Shown piece after piece: positions 22,821 through 32,361 of a stretch of 64,000 bases of DNA (position 1 is its first letter; every line of letters starts with the position of its first letter). The DNA is taken from NCBI GenBank assembly GCA_963745025.1, contig CAVUWD010000010.1, forward strand, positions 1-64,000, given 5' to 3'. This DNA comes from an uncultured delta proteobacterium (lineage in GTDB: Bacteria > Desulfobacterota > Binatia > JACPRU01). Below the pieces are notes generated by a model, which did no database searches, was not told where the DNA came from, and saw only the letters and a program-made list of their open reading frames with translations. Position numbers and translations under genes: made by a program.

Positions 22821-22866
22821 AGCGCGCGATAGCGCCGAGCCGCACTACCCTAGGCGTCACTTTCAA
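22817..22866. repeat. Short internally deleted relative of family A element
   Basis: TTGAAGCG...GCCGAGCCGCAC...CCTAGG...CTTTCAA; its TGA is the HAD gene stop codon. Confidence 0.4.
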
Positions 22867-22939
22867 CGGGTACCATGGCTACGCGCTCTGTCCGCACATT
22901 GAGGGGCGGACGGCTTGCTGGCAGGGGCCCTGCGCCGAG

Positions 22940-23124
22940 AGGCCTCGGATCTCGTACTGTTCCAGGAGATCTCGGTCTCGACACTCTACGGGTATCTACC
23001 GCCGCGCCGCGTGGGCGGGCTTCGCGCGGCGGGCCCCGAGCATCACATGGCGTGGCGCTCGCGACGCCGCTACGCCGAGCGTGCACTCGACGCGTTCCTT
23101 CGATTGGTTTCCCGTCGAGGCTAG
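22940..23124 (+). pseudogene. Possible remnant of a LysR-type substrate-binding C-terminus
   Basis: HMAWRSRRRYAERALDAFLRLV resembles LysR C-termini; no HTH and no clear start. Confidence 0.25.
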
Positions 23125-23429
23125 CGAGACCCGGATTCCTTGCCGCCGAGCTCGTCGTAGAGCTCGATCGACGGAGGGCCGTCGAGAAGCCCATGGATGG
23201 CCTTGAAGAGCGCCTGAATGGCGCTCGTCTTGCCGTGCCGGTCGAACGCCTCGGCGTCGACATACTTCTCGTAGAAGAGGAACGTACCGCGCTCCTTGCG
23301 GCCGCGGTGGAGGAGATAGAGCAACGTGCCGGGCTCCTCGCGCTTGACGAAGTCGATCTGTTTACGAAAGGCGGCTTCTGCTTCCGCCTCGCAGCCTTGC
23401 TTCACCTTGATCTTGGCGACGACGACCAT
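23121..23429 (-). CDS. Antibiotic biosynthesis monooxygenase (ABM) family protein
   Basis: VVVAKIKVKQG, EPGTLLYLLHR, FLFYEKY.DAEAFDRH; SD AAGGAG. Confidence 0.88.
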   Translation of the reverse strand: MVVVAKIKVKQGCEAEAEAAFRKQIDFVKREEPGTLLYLLHRGRKERGTFLFYEKYVDAEAFDRHGKTSAIQALFKAIHGLLDGPPSIELYDELGGKESGSR

Positions 23430-23535
23430 GGGAGCTCCTTTTGCTCGAGTTAGAATAGGGTGTTGGGCGTGGCGTGATCAGCAGGCTGACCTGCTGGGTG
23501 CCTTCGAAGAGGTCGTTGATCTTGGCATGATGGCA
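23430..23535 (-). pseudogene. C-terminal remnant of an acyl-CoA dehydrogenase
   Basis: HAKINDLFEGTQQVSLLI resembles the ACAD C-terminal DAKIxxxxEGTxQI motif; the rest of the gene is absent. Confidence 0.55.
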
Positions 23536-23648
23536 ATCCGCGTGCGCGCGGCGTGCATGATGAATCGTGGGTGGGCGCATGTGCTCCGCGGCGTGGCGGC
23601 GTTAATAGTCACGCGCCACACGCACCGCGTCCGAGAGCTCGATGTCGA

Positions 23649-24284
23649 TCAACCGTTGACCTCCTCCTCCCGAGCCTCGAGGTGAGGCGCGTGATTGCGT
23701 CGCGTGATGGTCCATGCGGCGCCGTCCCAGACGAGCTCACTGACCGCCGTGTTGTCGACGGCCGCCACCTCGCGGAGGCGAATCCAGGGCAAGCCAAGGA
23801 CGTGAAGCAGCGCGGTGCGGATCACGCCGCCATGGGTCACGACCGCCACTGTCTGGCCTCCGTGTCGGCGGCGCAGACGATCGAGCGCCGCGATGATGCG
23901 CAGTGAAAAGGCCGAAAACGTTTCGCCTCCTCCGCGGGGCAGATCCTCGCCGGCGCCGATACGCCCCCATTCTTCGGCGAAGCGCTCTTTGATCTCGTCG
24001 CGGCTGAGCCCCGTCCATTGCCCGACTTCGATCTCGCGCCAGGCCGGGTCCACGACGAGTTCGGCCGTCAACACCGCGGCGAGCTTCCGCGCGGTGTCGT
24101 GCGCTCGCCGCAGGTCGCTCGAATAGATCACGCCAATCGACGAGCCCTGCGTCTTCAAGTGATCCGCCAGTCGTGCAGCTTGCGCCAGTCCTTCCGCACT
24201 CAAAGGCACGTCCGCGTGCCCCTGCCAGCGGTGTTCGCGATTCCACGAGGTCTCGCCGTGGCGGATGAGCAGCAGGCGCGTCAT
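23649..24284 (-). CDS. Histidine phosphatase / phosphoglycerate mutase family
   Basis: LIRHGETSWN, YSSDLRRA, EIEVGQW, VVTHGGVI, DNT. Confidence 0.9.
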   Translation of the reverse strand: MTRLLLIRHGETSWNREHRWQGHADVPLSAEGLAQAARLADHLKTQGSSIGVIYSSDLRRAHDTARKLAAVLTAELVVDPAWREIEVGQWTGLSRDEIKERFAEEWGRIGAGEDLPRGGGETFSAFSLRIIAALDRLRRRHGGQTVAVVTHGGVIRTALLHVLGLPWIRLREVAAVDNTAVSELVWDGAAWTITRRNHAPHLEAREEEVNG

Positions 24285-24481
24285 TCGGCGGAGGCCACTC
24301 TTAGGCGCCGTAGAGCGCCGAATCAAACGAAGAGCAACCCGCATCACGGGGATTTCGCATCGGGGCGAACTCGTCGTGCACGCTCGCTCCGCAAGTCGCC
24401 CATTGTTGAAACGGCCTAGGCCAGCTATGAGAGTCAGGACAAGCCATAGGGGCCTGTTGCACTCGAGAGGGAGGACTAGCC

Positions 24482-24895
24482 ATTCCAAGAAAAGTATTCG
24501 TCGGCAATTTGAGCTTCAACACGACCCAGGATCGTCTGAGCGAGGCGTTCGCGTCTGCGGGGCAAGTGGTGAGCGTGCACGTCGGAACGGACCGGGAGAC
24601 CGGCCGATCGAGGGGCTTTGCATTCGTCGAATTCTCGTCGGATGAAGCGGCTCAGAACGCCATCGCGACGTTCAACGACTTCGAGCTCGATGGTCGGAAG
24701 CTTCGGGTCAACGCGGCGGAGGATCGGCCGCCCCGGCGCGCGGGGGGGCCAGGAGGGTTTTCCGGACCGCGCTCCTTCACCGAGTTCAGTGGCTCTCAAG
24801 AGGCGAGCGGATTCGGCGGCGGATTCGGCAAGCCCTTTCACAAGCCGAAAGGGAGCCGCCGAGGCTTGAGAGGGCGCAAGCGAAGCCTCAGCTGA
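24482..24895 (+). CDS. RRM RNA-binding protein, apparent ATT start codon
   Basis: RNP2 KVFVGNL and RNP1 RGFAFVEF; GGAGG 7 nt before ATT 24482; in-frame TGA at 24428 and no ATG/GTG/TTG before RNP2. Confidence 0.88.
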   Translation: MPRKVFVGNLSFNTTQDRLSEAFASAGQVVSVHVGTDRETGRSRGFAFVEFSSDEAAQNAIATFNDFELDGRKLRVNAAEDRPPRRAGGPGGFSGPRSFTEFSGSQEASGFGGGFGKPFHKPKGSRRGLRGRKRSLS

Positions 24896-24995
24896 GGCTT
24901 CGTAGCGAAGCCGACATTTCGCGCCGGGCTAGGAGGCTGCGCCACAGATCGCTCCCGTTGGTCGCGAACGGGCTCCGGCCAGGCAGCCTACCCGG

Positions 24996-25313
24996 CTAGC
25001 GCTGGGAGCTCGCGGGCTCAGTTCCGAGTCCGAGCCGGCGCAAGCACTCATCGGGAGAGTACGGCGACTCGAAGAACCCGAGGGTGAGTCCGCAGAGGTC
25101 GTACCGGTCTTGGCTTGCGACCTCCAGTAACGTGCGCTTACGCTCGGATGTGAGGAGCGCCTGCTCGAGCGGCACCGCTTCGGGCGCCTGCGCGGCGAAG
25201 AACCGCCACGGAGCGATATCGAGGCGGGTGATCGAAGTCTCCAGCGGCACTTCTCCGGCAACCGCACCGCGCAGTCGGAGACCCTCGCGGTAGACGATCC
25301 AGACTTTGGCCAT
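24996..25313 (-). CDS. Hypothetical protein
   Basis: 105-aa ATG ORF co-oriented and 15 nt downstream of the Rho-N-like gene. Confidence 0.6.
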   Translation of the reverse strand: MAKVWIVYREGLRLRGAVAGEVPLETSITRLDIAPWRFFAAQAPEAVPLEQALLTSERKRTLLEVASQDRYDLCGLTLGFFESPYSPDECLRRLGLGTEPASSQR

Positions 25314-25328
25314 AATCGGACGAGTCGA

Positions 25329-25688
25329 TCAGGGCGAAGGTGGTGGGGGGCTGCTTGCCGCCGCCTCGGCCTGCGGGGGAATTCTCGCGAGCCGGCGTGT
25401 TTGCGCCTTCAAGTGCTTGACGTGGCGGCGAAGCTTCCTGAGATCGGTTTTCTGTTTCGTTTGAATCGCCTCGGCGATCTTGCCCCGCAACTCGCGGATC
25501 TGTTTCTTGAGCGTGGACTTTTCCGGTCCGCCGCGACGGCGGGTGGAGAGATCGATCTTGTAAGCCGCGGCGATCGCACGGACCAGCTCTTCCTTATTCA
25601 TGCCGCGGACGCCGCTCATGTCCGGAATCTTCAGGGCTTCTTCACGAAGCTTCACCACAGTCATCCGTTCGAGCGTCTTTAGATCCAT
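25329..25688 (-). CDS. Stand-alone Rho-N-terminal-like (HeH) basic protein
   Basis: LERMTVVKLREEA...GVRGMNKEELVRAI followed by a Lys/Arg-rich helical tail. Confidence 0.65.
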   Translation of the reverse strand: MDLKTLERMTVVKLREEALKIPDMSGVRGMNKEELVRAIAAAYKIDLSTRRRGGPEKSTLKKQIRELRGKIAEAIQTKQKTDLRKLRRHVKHLKAQTRRLARIPPQAEAAASSPPPPSP

Positions 25689-25822
25689 TCTCGATCCCAC
25701 CTCAGGATGCGGACTAGAATTGAAATCCAGCGAGCCGTCAAGTCTCGTGATCGATAGGCAAGAACTGGCACTCGCCGCGCCTGGTCGTGGAGAAGCTCGC
25801 AGCCGAACCTTCGGGTGACTCG

Positions 25823-25884
25823 GAAAATCAGCCTTTGGAAGGATCGAACGCTCGGGCGACGGCGAAAATCAGCCCTTTCAGGAT
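25823..25884. promoter_or_regulatory. Direct repeat, candidate transcription-factor site
   Basis: GAAAATCAGCCTTTGGAAGGAT (25823) and GAAAATCAGCCCTTTCAGGAT (25864), 41 bp apart. Confidence 0.45.
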
Positions 25885-25918
25885 AGCCTGTCGCGGGGAA
25901 TAGCATCTGACAAGCATT

Positions 25919-26138
25919 TGTGGGGATACCTACTTATCAACAACGTGATTTACGTGGGTTGCGCTGCAAGGCTGGGCAGATTGCGGTGATTTCGGTGCGC
26001 GACCCAAAACGCCTATTCGTATAACCCATCGTCATACAAGCGGTTTTTCTTTACATTGCCGCTCCGCGTCCAATGTTGGACGAACCGTATTTTTTTGAGC
26101 CGTAAACAGGAATGCTTATTGTCCACACCTTTTCCACA
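25919..26138. promoter_or_regulatory. DnaA-box-like cluster in an AT-rich intergenic region
   Basis: TTATCAACA 25934, TTGTCCACA 26119, TTTTCCACA 26130, TGTGGGGAT 25919. Confidence 0.5.
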
Positions 26139-26265
26139 AAGCGTCGGAAAAATTCATCTACCAAATAGTCGAAGAAATGATACGCGCAAGATCGATTGAA
26201 AATGAACGTGCGATTCCACTAGATGCGAACGGAGCGATTTTCGTGCTGGGGGGTCGGGTAGAACG

Positions 26266-28626
26266 ATGGTGGTGGGCTATGTTCGCTGGGTAACTGGACA
26301 CGCCGGGTCCGTCGTAGCGCTAGTCCTGCTCCTCACGCTCGGGTTGCTGACGCGAGCCACCCGGCTGAAAGTGGAGGTCAATCCCGACGCGCAGCTGCCG
26401 CAACGGCATCCCTATATTCAGGCGCTCGCGCGCCTCCATGAGATCTTCGGTGAGAAAAACCTCGTCTTCGTCGGTCTATTTCCCAAGAGCGGAGATGTCT
26501 ATTCGCCGGAGTTTCTCGCCAAGTTGGCGAGAATAACCGAGCGCATCGGCGCTTTGCCGGGCCTCGTCTCGCGCACGTTCCTGAGCTTATCGCTATCCAA
26601 GGCGGTTGACATTCGTGGCGCTGGCGAGGGAATGATCATACGCCCCTTTCTCGACCCGTTGCCGAAAGATCGCGCCGAGGCGCTGGCGCTGCGGGAAAGG
26701 CTGTTGGCGAATCCTCAGTACCTCGGCACGATCATCGCCGCCGACGGTCGGGCTGCGGGCATCATCGCCGATTTCGATTTTCAGGCCCCGCTCGACGGTT
26801 ATCCGGAGATTCAAGCCGCCGTCACCCACGTGCTCGAGGAGGAAGAGGACGGCTCCTTCCGCGCGCACCTGAGCGGACCGGCGATCTACGTCGCCTGGCT
26901 AGCGCGCTATTCGGCTCGCATGTTTCTCTTTTTCCCGCTCGCGTTCGTAGTCATCGGGCTCGTCCATTACGAGGCATTCCGAACCCTGCAGGCGATGTTC
27001 CTGCCGCTTCTCACAGCGCTCCTGGCGATGCTCTGGAGTCTCGGCATGCTTGGCATGCTCGGCGTGGCCCTCGATCCCTTCAACGTCACCACACCGATCT
27101 TGATTCTCGCGGTGGCCGCCGGCCACGCGGTGCAGATGCTGAAGCGTTTTTACGAAGAGCTTGCCGTGTCGGCGGATCAACGGCTCGCGGTGGAACGCTC
27201 GTTCGCCAAAGTCGCTCCCGTGATGATCGTCGCCACCAGCATCGCCTCGCTGTCGTTCTTGTCGCTGCTCACGTTCGAGACGGCGGCGATCCGCAACTTC
27301 GGCTTGTTCACCGCACTCGGCATCCTCTCCACCCTGGCGATCGAGATGACGCTGATTCCGGCCGTGCGTTGCCTGCTGCCCGTTCCGACGCTACGCGAGC
27401 GGACGCGCGAAGGGACCCACCACGTGTTCGATCCGATCATCGCGGGCCTGCGAAATCTCACCCGCGGGCGTCGCCGGGGGGCCGTCTTGGCAGTCGCCGC
27501 GCTGATCGCGTCCGCAGCGGCGCTCGCCGCTTCGCGCGTGGTCGTCGATTCGAGCTTTCGACGGCAGTTCTTTCGCGATTCGGAGGTCCGTCGCGACGAT
27601 CGAGCGTTGAACGCGGCATTCGGCGGCACGAGCACGCTGGTCTTGTTGATCGAGGGAGACCGCGATGGAGCCATGGAAGATCCGCGCGTGCTCGAGGGGA
27701 TCGACTCGCTCGAGACATGGTTCGAAAGCCAGCCCGGAGTGGGAAAGGCGCTCTCGTTCGTCGACTTCGTCAAGCGAATGAACGCGGCGATGAACGGCGA
27801 CGATCCTCACGCGCTGCGCGTTCCCGCCACCCGCAACTTGGTAAGTCAGTACCTATTGCTCTACACCATGTCGAGCAGCGCAGAGGATTTCGATAGCTTG
27901 ATCGATCCAGCGCACCGTGTTGGCGTGCTACGCGTGTATCTGAAAGAAGACAGCACGCGCTTCGCCGAGGAGCTGATCGCGCGGCTTCGCGCCCGCCTAC
28001 CCGGCGCCCTGCCATCGGGCATCCGCGTCGAGATCACCGGTTCGCTCGCCTCGAGCGAGGCGATGAATGAAGTGATGGTGCATGGGAAGATCCTCAACAT
28101 TTTGCAGATCGCGGCCATCATCCTGGTCGTCGCGAGCTTCACGCTGCGATCCTTTACCGGGGGCGTCTTGGTGGCGATTCCGTTGGCGCTCGCGGTAGTG
28201 ACGAATTTCGGTGTCATGGGTCTCTTCGCCATCCCGCTCGACATCGGCACGGCGACGATCTCGGCGATGGCGGTCGGGATCGGCGCCGACTATGCCATCT
28301 ACTTCCTGTTCCGGCTTCGCGAAGAGTTAGCCGCGGGCGAGACCCTGCAAGAGGCGGTGGAGCGCACGCTCGAAACCTCGGGCATGGCGATCCTGTTCGT
28401 GTCCTCAGCCATCGCGGCCGGCTACTTGACGCTCTGCTTCTCGGGATTCGGCTATCACATCCGACTCGGCACGCTGGTCGCACTCGCCATGGCCGTGTCG
28501 AGCGCCGGATCGCTGACCGTGCTTCCGGCCCTCGTCTTAGTGATACGACCGAGCTTCCTCGCCAGAGCGCAGGCCCTCCACCTGCCCGCGAGCGAAGCTT
28601 TCCACCGGCCGCTGACCGGACCGTAG
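26266..28626 (+). CDS. MMPL/RND family transporter
   Basis: Two repeated halves with large loops; GIGADYAIYFLFR motif; about 12 TM segments. Confidence 0.88.
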   Translation: MVVGYVRWVTGHAGSVVALVLLLTLGLLTRATRLKVEVNPDAQLPQRHPYIQALARLHEIFGEKNLVFVGLFPKSGDVYSPEFLAKLARITERIGALPGLVSRTFLSLSLSKAVDIRGAGEGMIIRPFLDPLPKDRAEALALRERLLANPQYLGTIIAADGRAAGIIADFDFQAPLDGYPEIQAAVTHVLEEEEDGSFRAHLSGPAIYVAWLARYSARMFLFFPLAFVVIGLVHYEAFRTLQAMFLPLLTALLAMLWSLGMLGMLGVALDPFNVTTPILILAVAAGHAVQMLKRFYEELAVSADQRLAVERSFAKVAPVMIVATSIASLSFLSLLTFETAAIRNFGLFTALGILSTLAIEMTLIPAVRCLLPVPTLRERTREGTHHVFDPIIAGLRNLTRGRRRGAVLAVAALIASAAALAASRVVVDSSFRRQFFRDSEVRRDDRALNAAFGGTSTLVLLIEGDRDGAMEDPRVLEGIDSLETWFESQPGVGKALSFVDFVKRMNAAMNGDDPHALRVPATRNLVSQYLLLYTMSSSAEDFDSLIDPAHRVGVLRVYLKEDSTRFAEELIARLRARLPGALPSGIRVEITGSLASSEAMNEVMVHGKILNILQIAAIILVVASFTLRSFTGGVLVAIPLALAVVTNFGVMGLFAIPLDIGTATISAMAVGIGADYAIYFLFRLREELAAGETLQEAVERTLETSGMAILFVSSAIAAGYLTLCFSGFGYHIRLGTLVALAMAVSSAGSLTVLPALVLVIRPSFLARAQALHLPASEAFHRPLTGP

Positions 28627-28698
28627 GAAGGGCGGCTTGGCAATCCCCGGCGGCCGGGAATAGTGTATTTTCGTTCCAATCGGTTCGAGGAGGACTCT

Positions 28699-29706
28699 AT
28701 GCGTGAGCGGATCGGCGTCATTGGCGGCGGCAGCTGGGGAACTGCCCTCGCCAAGTTACTGGCCGAGAAGGGCTACCCGGTCTCTCTTTGGGTGCACAAT
28801 CCGGAGCGCTGCCGCGAGATCGCGGACAAGCGCGAGAACTCCGCCTATCTGCCGGGCATCACGCTTCCCTACAACCTGATCCCTTCGACCGATCTCCGCG
28901 AAGTCGCGAGCGGCAAGACCGCCATCCTTTGCGTCGTTCCTTCTCACGTCCTGCGACCGGTCATGACCGAGGTAGCGCCATTCCTTGACGGGAAGCCGCT
29001 GGTGATCAGCGCGACCAAAGGCATCGAAGACGAGACCTCCAAGACGATGCTCGGTGTGCTTGAGGAGGTTCTGCCGCGCTCGCTTCATGCTCGGATCTGC
29101 GCGCTCTCGGGTCCGAGCTTCGCCCGTGAGGTGGCGCGCGGAATGCCGACGGCTGTGACCGCGGCATCGGCGAACCCCGAGGCGGCCGCGGAATGCCAAA
29201 CGACCTTCACGACGTCGTTCTTTCGTGTCTACACGAGCCACGACGTGGTCGGCGTCGAGCTCGGTGGTGCGGTCAAGAACGTCATCGCCATTGCCGCCGG
29301 CGTGAGCGACGGGCTCGGATTCGGTCACAACAGCCGCGCGGCATTGATCACCCGCGGAATCGCCGAGATCGCGCGCCTCGGCACACGCATGGGCGCAGAC
29401 CCGCGCACGCTGGCAGGATTGGCGGGGATGGGGGATCTGGTCCTCACCTGCACCGGCGATTTGTCGCGCAATCGCAACGTGGGACTGCGGCTCGGCAAAG
29501 GCGACAGGCTGAGCGACATCTTGGCCGAGATGAAGATGGTCGCCGAGGGCGTGCGCAACGCCAAGTCCGTCTACCACCTCGCGCGCAAGCTCGGCGTGGA
29601 GATGCCGATCACCGAGCAGATGTATCTCCTGCTCCACGAGGGAAAGTCGGCGCGGCAGGTGGTCGTGGACCTCATGACGCGCGATCTCAAGCCGGAGATC
29701 TACTGA
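28699..29706 (+). CDS. gpsA: NAD(P)H-dependent glycerol-3-phosphate dehydrogenase
   Basis: GGGSWGTALA, SATKGIE, SGPSFAREV, GGAVKNVIAIA, GDLVLTCTGDLSRN. Confidence 0.96.
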   Translation: MRERIGVIGGGSWGTALAKLLAEKGYPVSLWVHNPERCREIADKRENSAYLPGITLPYNLIPSTDLREVASGKTAILCVVPSHVLRPVMTEVAPFLDGKPLVISATKGIEDETSKTMLGVLEEVLPRSLHARICALSGPSFAREVARGMPTAVTAASANPEAAAECQTTFTTSFFRVYTSHDVVGVELGGAVKNVIAIAAGVSDGLGFGHNSRAALITRGIAEIARLGTRMGADPRTLAGLAGMGDLVLTCTGDLSRNRNVGLRLGKGDRLSDILAEMKMVAEGVRNAKSVYHLARKLGVEMPITEQMYLLLHEGKSARQVVVDLMTRDLKPEIY

Positions 29707-29748
29707 ATTGACTTCACGGTACGGGTATGGTCAGTATTCCCGTCGCGT

Positions 29749-29775
29749 CGGCCGACGGCTCGTCGGCCGTTTTTT
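29749..29775 (+). terminator. Intrinsic terminator-like hairpin after gpsA
   Basis: CGGCCGACG-GCT-CGTCGGCCG followed by TTTTTT. Confidence 0.65.
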
Positions 29776-29836
29776 ATGGAGCGGGCCGCGAGAGCGGTGG
29801 CTCGAATTTCAAGCTCCCGGAAAGGAAGAGTAGCGG

Positions 29837-29998
29837 ATGAAACGCACGTATCAGCCGAGCAACTTGCGCCGGAAGAGGACGCATGGATTCCTCTCGCGCA
29901 TGGAAACGCCGGGAGGGCGGAACGTGCTGAAGCGGAGGCGGCGCAAGGGACGCAAGCGCCTAACCGTTCAGACCCCACCCAAGCCCGCTCGGCGGTAG
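29837..29998 (+). CDS. rpmH: 50S ribosomal protein L34 (not in the ORF track)
   Basis: Hand translation: [53 protein letters not shown]. Confidence 0.96.
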   Translation: MKRTYQPSNLRRKRTHGFLSRMETPGGRNVLKRRRRKGRKRLTVQTPPKPARR

Positions 29999-30025
29999 TG
30001 ACGGCTTGGCACAGCCGTGTCGCCG

Positions 30026-30391
30026 ATGGATGCGGGTTCGACGCCGAACCGAGTGGAAAGCCGCAAATTTGGCAAAGCACTCCGTCTTCGTCTCCGGCGC
30101 GATTTCTTGCGAGTTCAGAAGCGAGGTCGCAAGAGTCACAGCCCGAACTTCATCGTCGCGTCCGCGAGCCAGCTTGCGCCGAGAACGTCACGGGCTGGGT
30201 TCAGCGTCAGCCGGCGGGTAGGCAATGCCGTTGTGCGCAACAAATTGAAGCGTCGATTGCGAGAATTCTTCCGGCTCCATCGCCGGGAACTGCCGGCCGC
30301 GTGCGACATGGTAGTGATTGCCAAGCCCGGGGCAGCGAAGCTTTCCTATGGCGAGCTCGTCGAAGAGCTACGTGACCGGTTTTCGATCTGA
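30026..30391 (+). CDS. rnpA: Ribonuclease P protein component
   Basis: RLRLRRDF, GFSVSRRVGNAVVRNKLKRRLREFFR (RNR motif). Confidence 0.93.
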   Translation: MDAGSTPNRVESRKFGKALRLRLRRDFLRVQKRGRKSHSPNFIVASASQLAPRTSRAGFSVSRRVGNAVVRNKLKRRLREFFRLHRRELPAACDMVVIAKPGAAKLSYGELVEELRDRFSI

Positions 30392-30644
30392 TACGGGCCT
30401 GCGAGTGGCTCTCTCTACCGGCGATCGAGCGATCGCTGCGGCGACATCTGCCCTTCTCCGCACGTACCGCCTCCTTCTCTCCCCGGTCCTCGGTCGGAAT
30501 TGTCGCTTTGAACCGTGCTGTTCCCGATACGCCGAGCAGGCAATCGAGAGCTACGGTGCGTGGAGCGGCGGGTTGATGGCGCTCAAGCGGCTCCTGCATT
30601 GTCACCCATGGGGCGGCGCGGGCGGGTTCGATCCGGTTCCCTGA
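30372..30644 (+). CDS. yidD: Membrane protein insertion efficiency factor
   Basis: YRLLLSP...CRFEPCCSRYA..AI...RLLHCHPW..GGFDPVP; start position uncertain. Confidence 0.9.
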   Translation: MTGFRSDTGLRVALSTGDRAIAAATSALLRTYRLLLSPVLGRNCRFEPCCSRYAEQAIESYGAWSGGLMALKRLLHCHPWGGAGGFDPVP

Positions 30645-30680
30645 GCCCTCCGGGAAACGCTGGCACAAGGACACTCCTTC

Positions 30681-32337
30681 GTGGATCGACAAGTACTTCT
30701 CGCCGTGGCGCTGTCGGCTCTCGTCGTGATCGCCTACCAGGAATACTTGAGGATCTACTATCCGGATCTCGGCAAGAAGCAGGCGCCCGCTGCCGGGGTG
30801 ACGCCGGCGCCGTTGCCCGTTCCGAGCGCCGCCGCCGCGCCGCAAACGGTGCCGGAAGAGGCGCGGCACCGCACCGAGCGGAGATGTCGCCGTCGATACG
30901 CCGCTCGTTCACGCCGCGTTTTCGTCGCTCGGAGGAAGGCTCGTCAGTCTCAAGCTGAAGCACTTTCGGACGACGATCGATCCGCAGAGCCCGCCGCTCG
31001 AGCTCATCACGCCGGGGGCAGCCAGTGATCTACCGCTCGGGGTCGTGCTGCGCGGCGCCGCCACCTGGAGCGATCAGAAGCTCTCGTACACGTCGAGCGT
31101 GTCCTCGCTCACGCTCGCGCCGGGTCAGAATGGGGAGGTCGTTCTTCGCGGCCAGAGCCCCGAAGGCGTGACCCTCGAAAAGAAGCTCCGCTTCGACGCC
31201 GAAAGCTACGCGTTCACGGTCGCCCTGGAGGTGTCCGACCCGCTCCACAGTTACGGCGAAGCGGGGCTCCGTTGGACGCACAGCCCGACGGAGAGCCAAT
31301 CGCGCTACTCGTTCTACTCCTTCCAAGGGCCCGAGGCGCTAGTCGGAGGCAAGCTCCTGCACTTCAGCGAGGCGGAGCTCGCGCAGGGCGTAGTGCTCCC
31401 CGACCCGCGAGTGCCGACGGAGCCCCCGCTGGTAGTCTATTGGGCCGGGTACGCCGACAGCTATTTCATCTCCGCGATGCTTCCGCGCGAGAACGACGCC
31501 GTCCGACTCTGGGTGAAGAAGGACGGAGGCGAGGTCTTCACGGAGATCCTGGTCCCCGCCGCCGCGTTCTCGGCTGGAGCGTACCCGTTTCTCGTCTACG
31601 CGGGACCGAAGGAGCTGAATGCGTTGTCGGCCGTCGGCCACCATCTGGCTCGCACGATGAATCTCGGTTGGTTTGGGTTCGTGGCCGAACCGATGCTCCG
31701 CATCCTGAAGATCTTTCATCACGTGACTAGGAACTACGGCATCGACATCATTCTCCTCACCATGCTCGTCAAGTTGGTGACGGTGCCGCTCACGCACAAG
31801 AGCTACAAATCGATGCAGGATCTGCAGAAGCTGCAGCCGCAGATGAAAAAGCTCCAGGAGAAATACGCCGACGACCGGGCCGCCCTGAACAAGGAAGTCA
31901 TGGAGCTCTATCGCCGCCACAACGTGAACCCGCTCGGGGGTTGCTTGCCGATGATCGTGCAGATGCCGATCTTCATCGGCCTCTACAATGCGCTGCTGTC
32001 GGCGGTGGAGCTCCGTCACGCGCCGTTTGCGCTCTGGATCAACGATCTCTCCGCCCCCGACCGGCTGCCGCCGATCCCGACGCCGCCACTGGCCATCGTG
32101 GCGGGCACGGAGGTGCGGATTCCGGTGCTCACGCTGCTCATGGGCGTCAGCATGCTCGTACAGCAGCGCATGACGCCGCAGGCGGGGGATCCCGCGCAGC
32201 AGCGAATGATGATGCTCATGCCGATCGTGTTCACGGTCATGTTCATCAACTTTCCTTCCGGGCTGGCGCTGTATTGGCTCGTGAACAACATCCTGACGAT
32301 CGCTCAGCAGATGCTGGTGCAGCGAACCGCGAGATGA
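30681..32337 (+). CDS. yidC: Membrane protein insertase YidC (frameshift near 30870)
   Basis: MDRQVLLAVALS N-terminus; YAGPK, NYGIDII, NPLGGCLP..VQMPIF, WINDLSAPD, PSGLALYW. Confidence 0.93.
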
Positions 32338-32361
32338 GCCTCGCGACGTGGAGGAGCGTCC

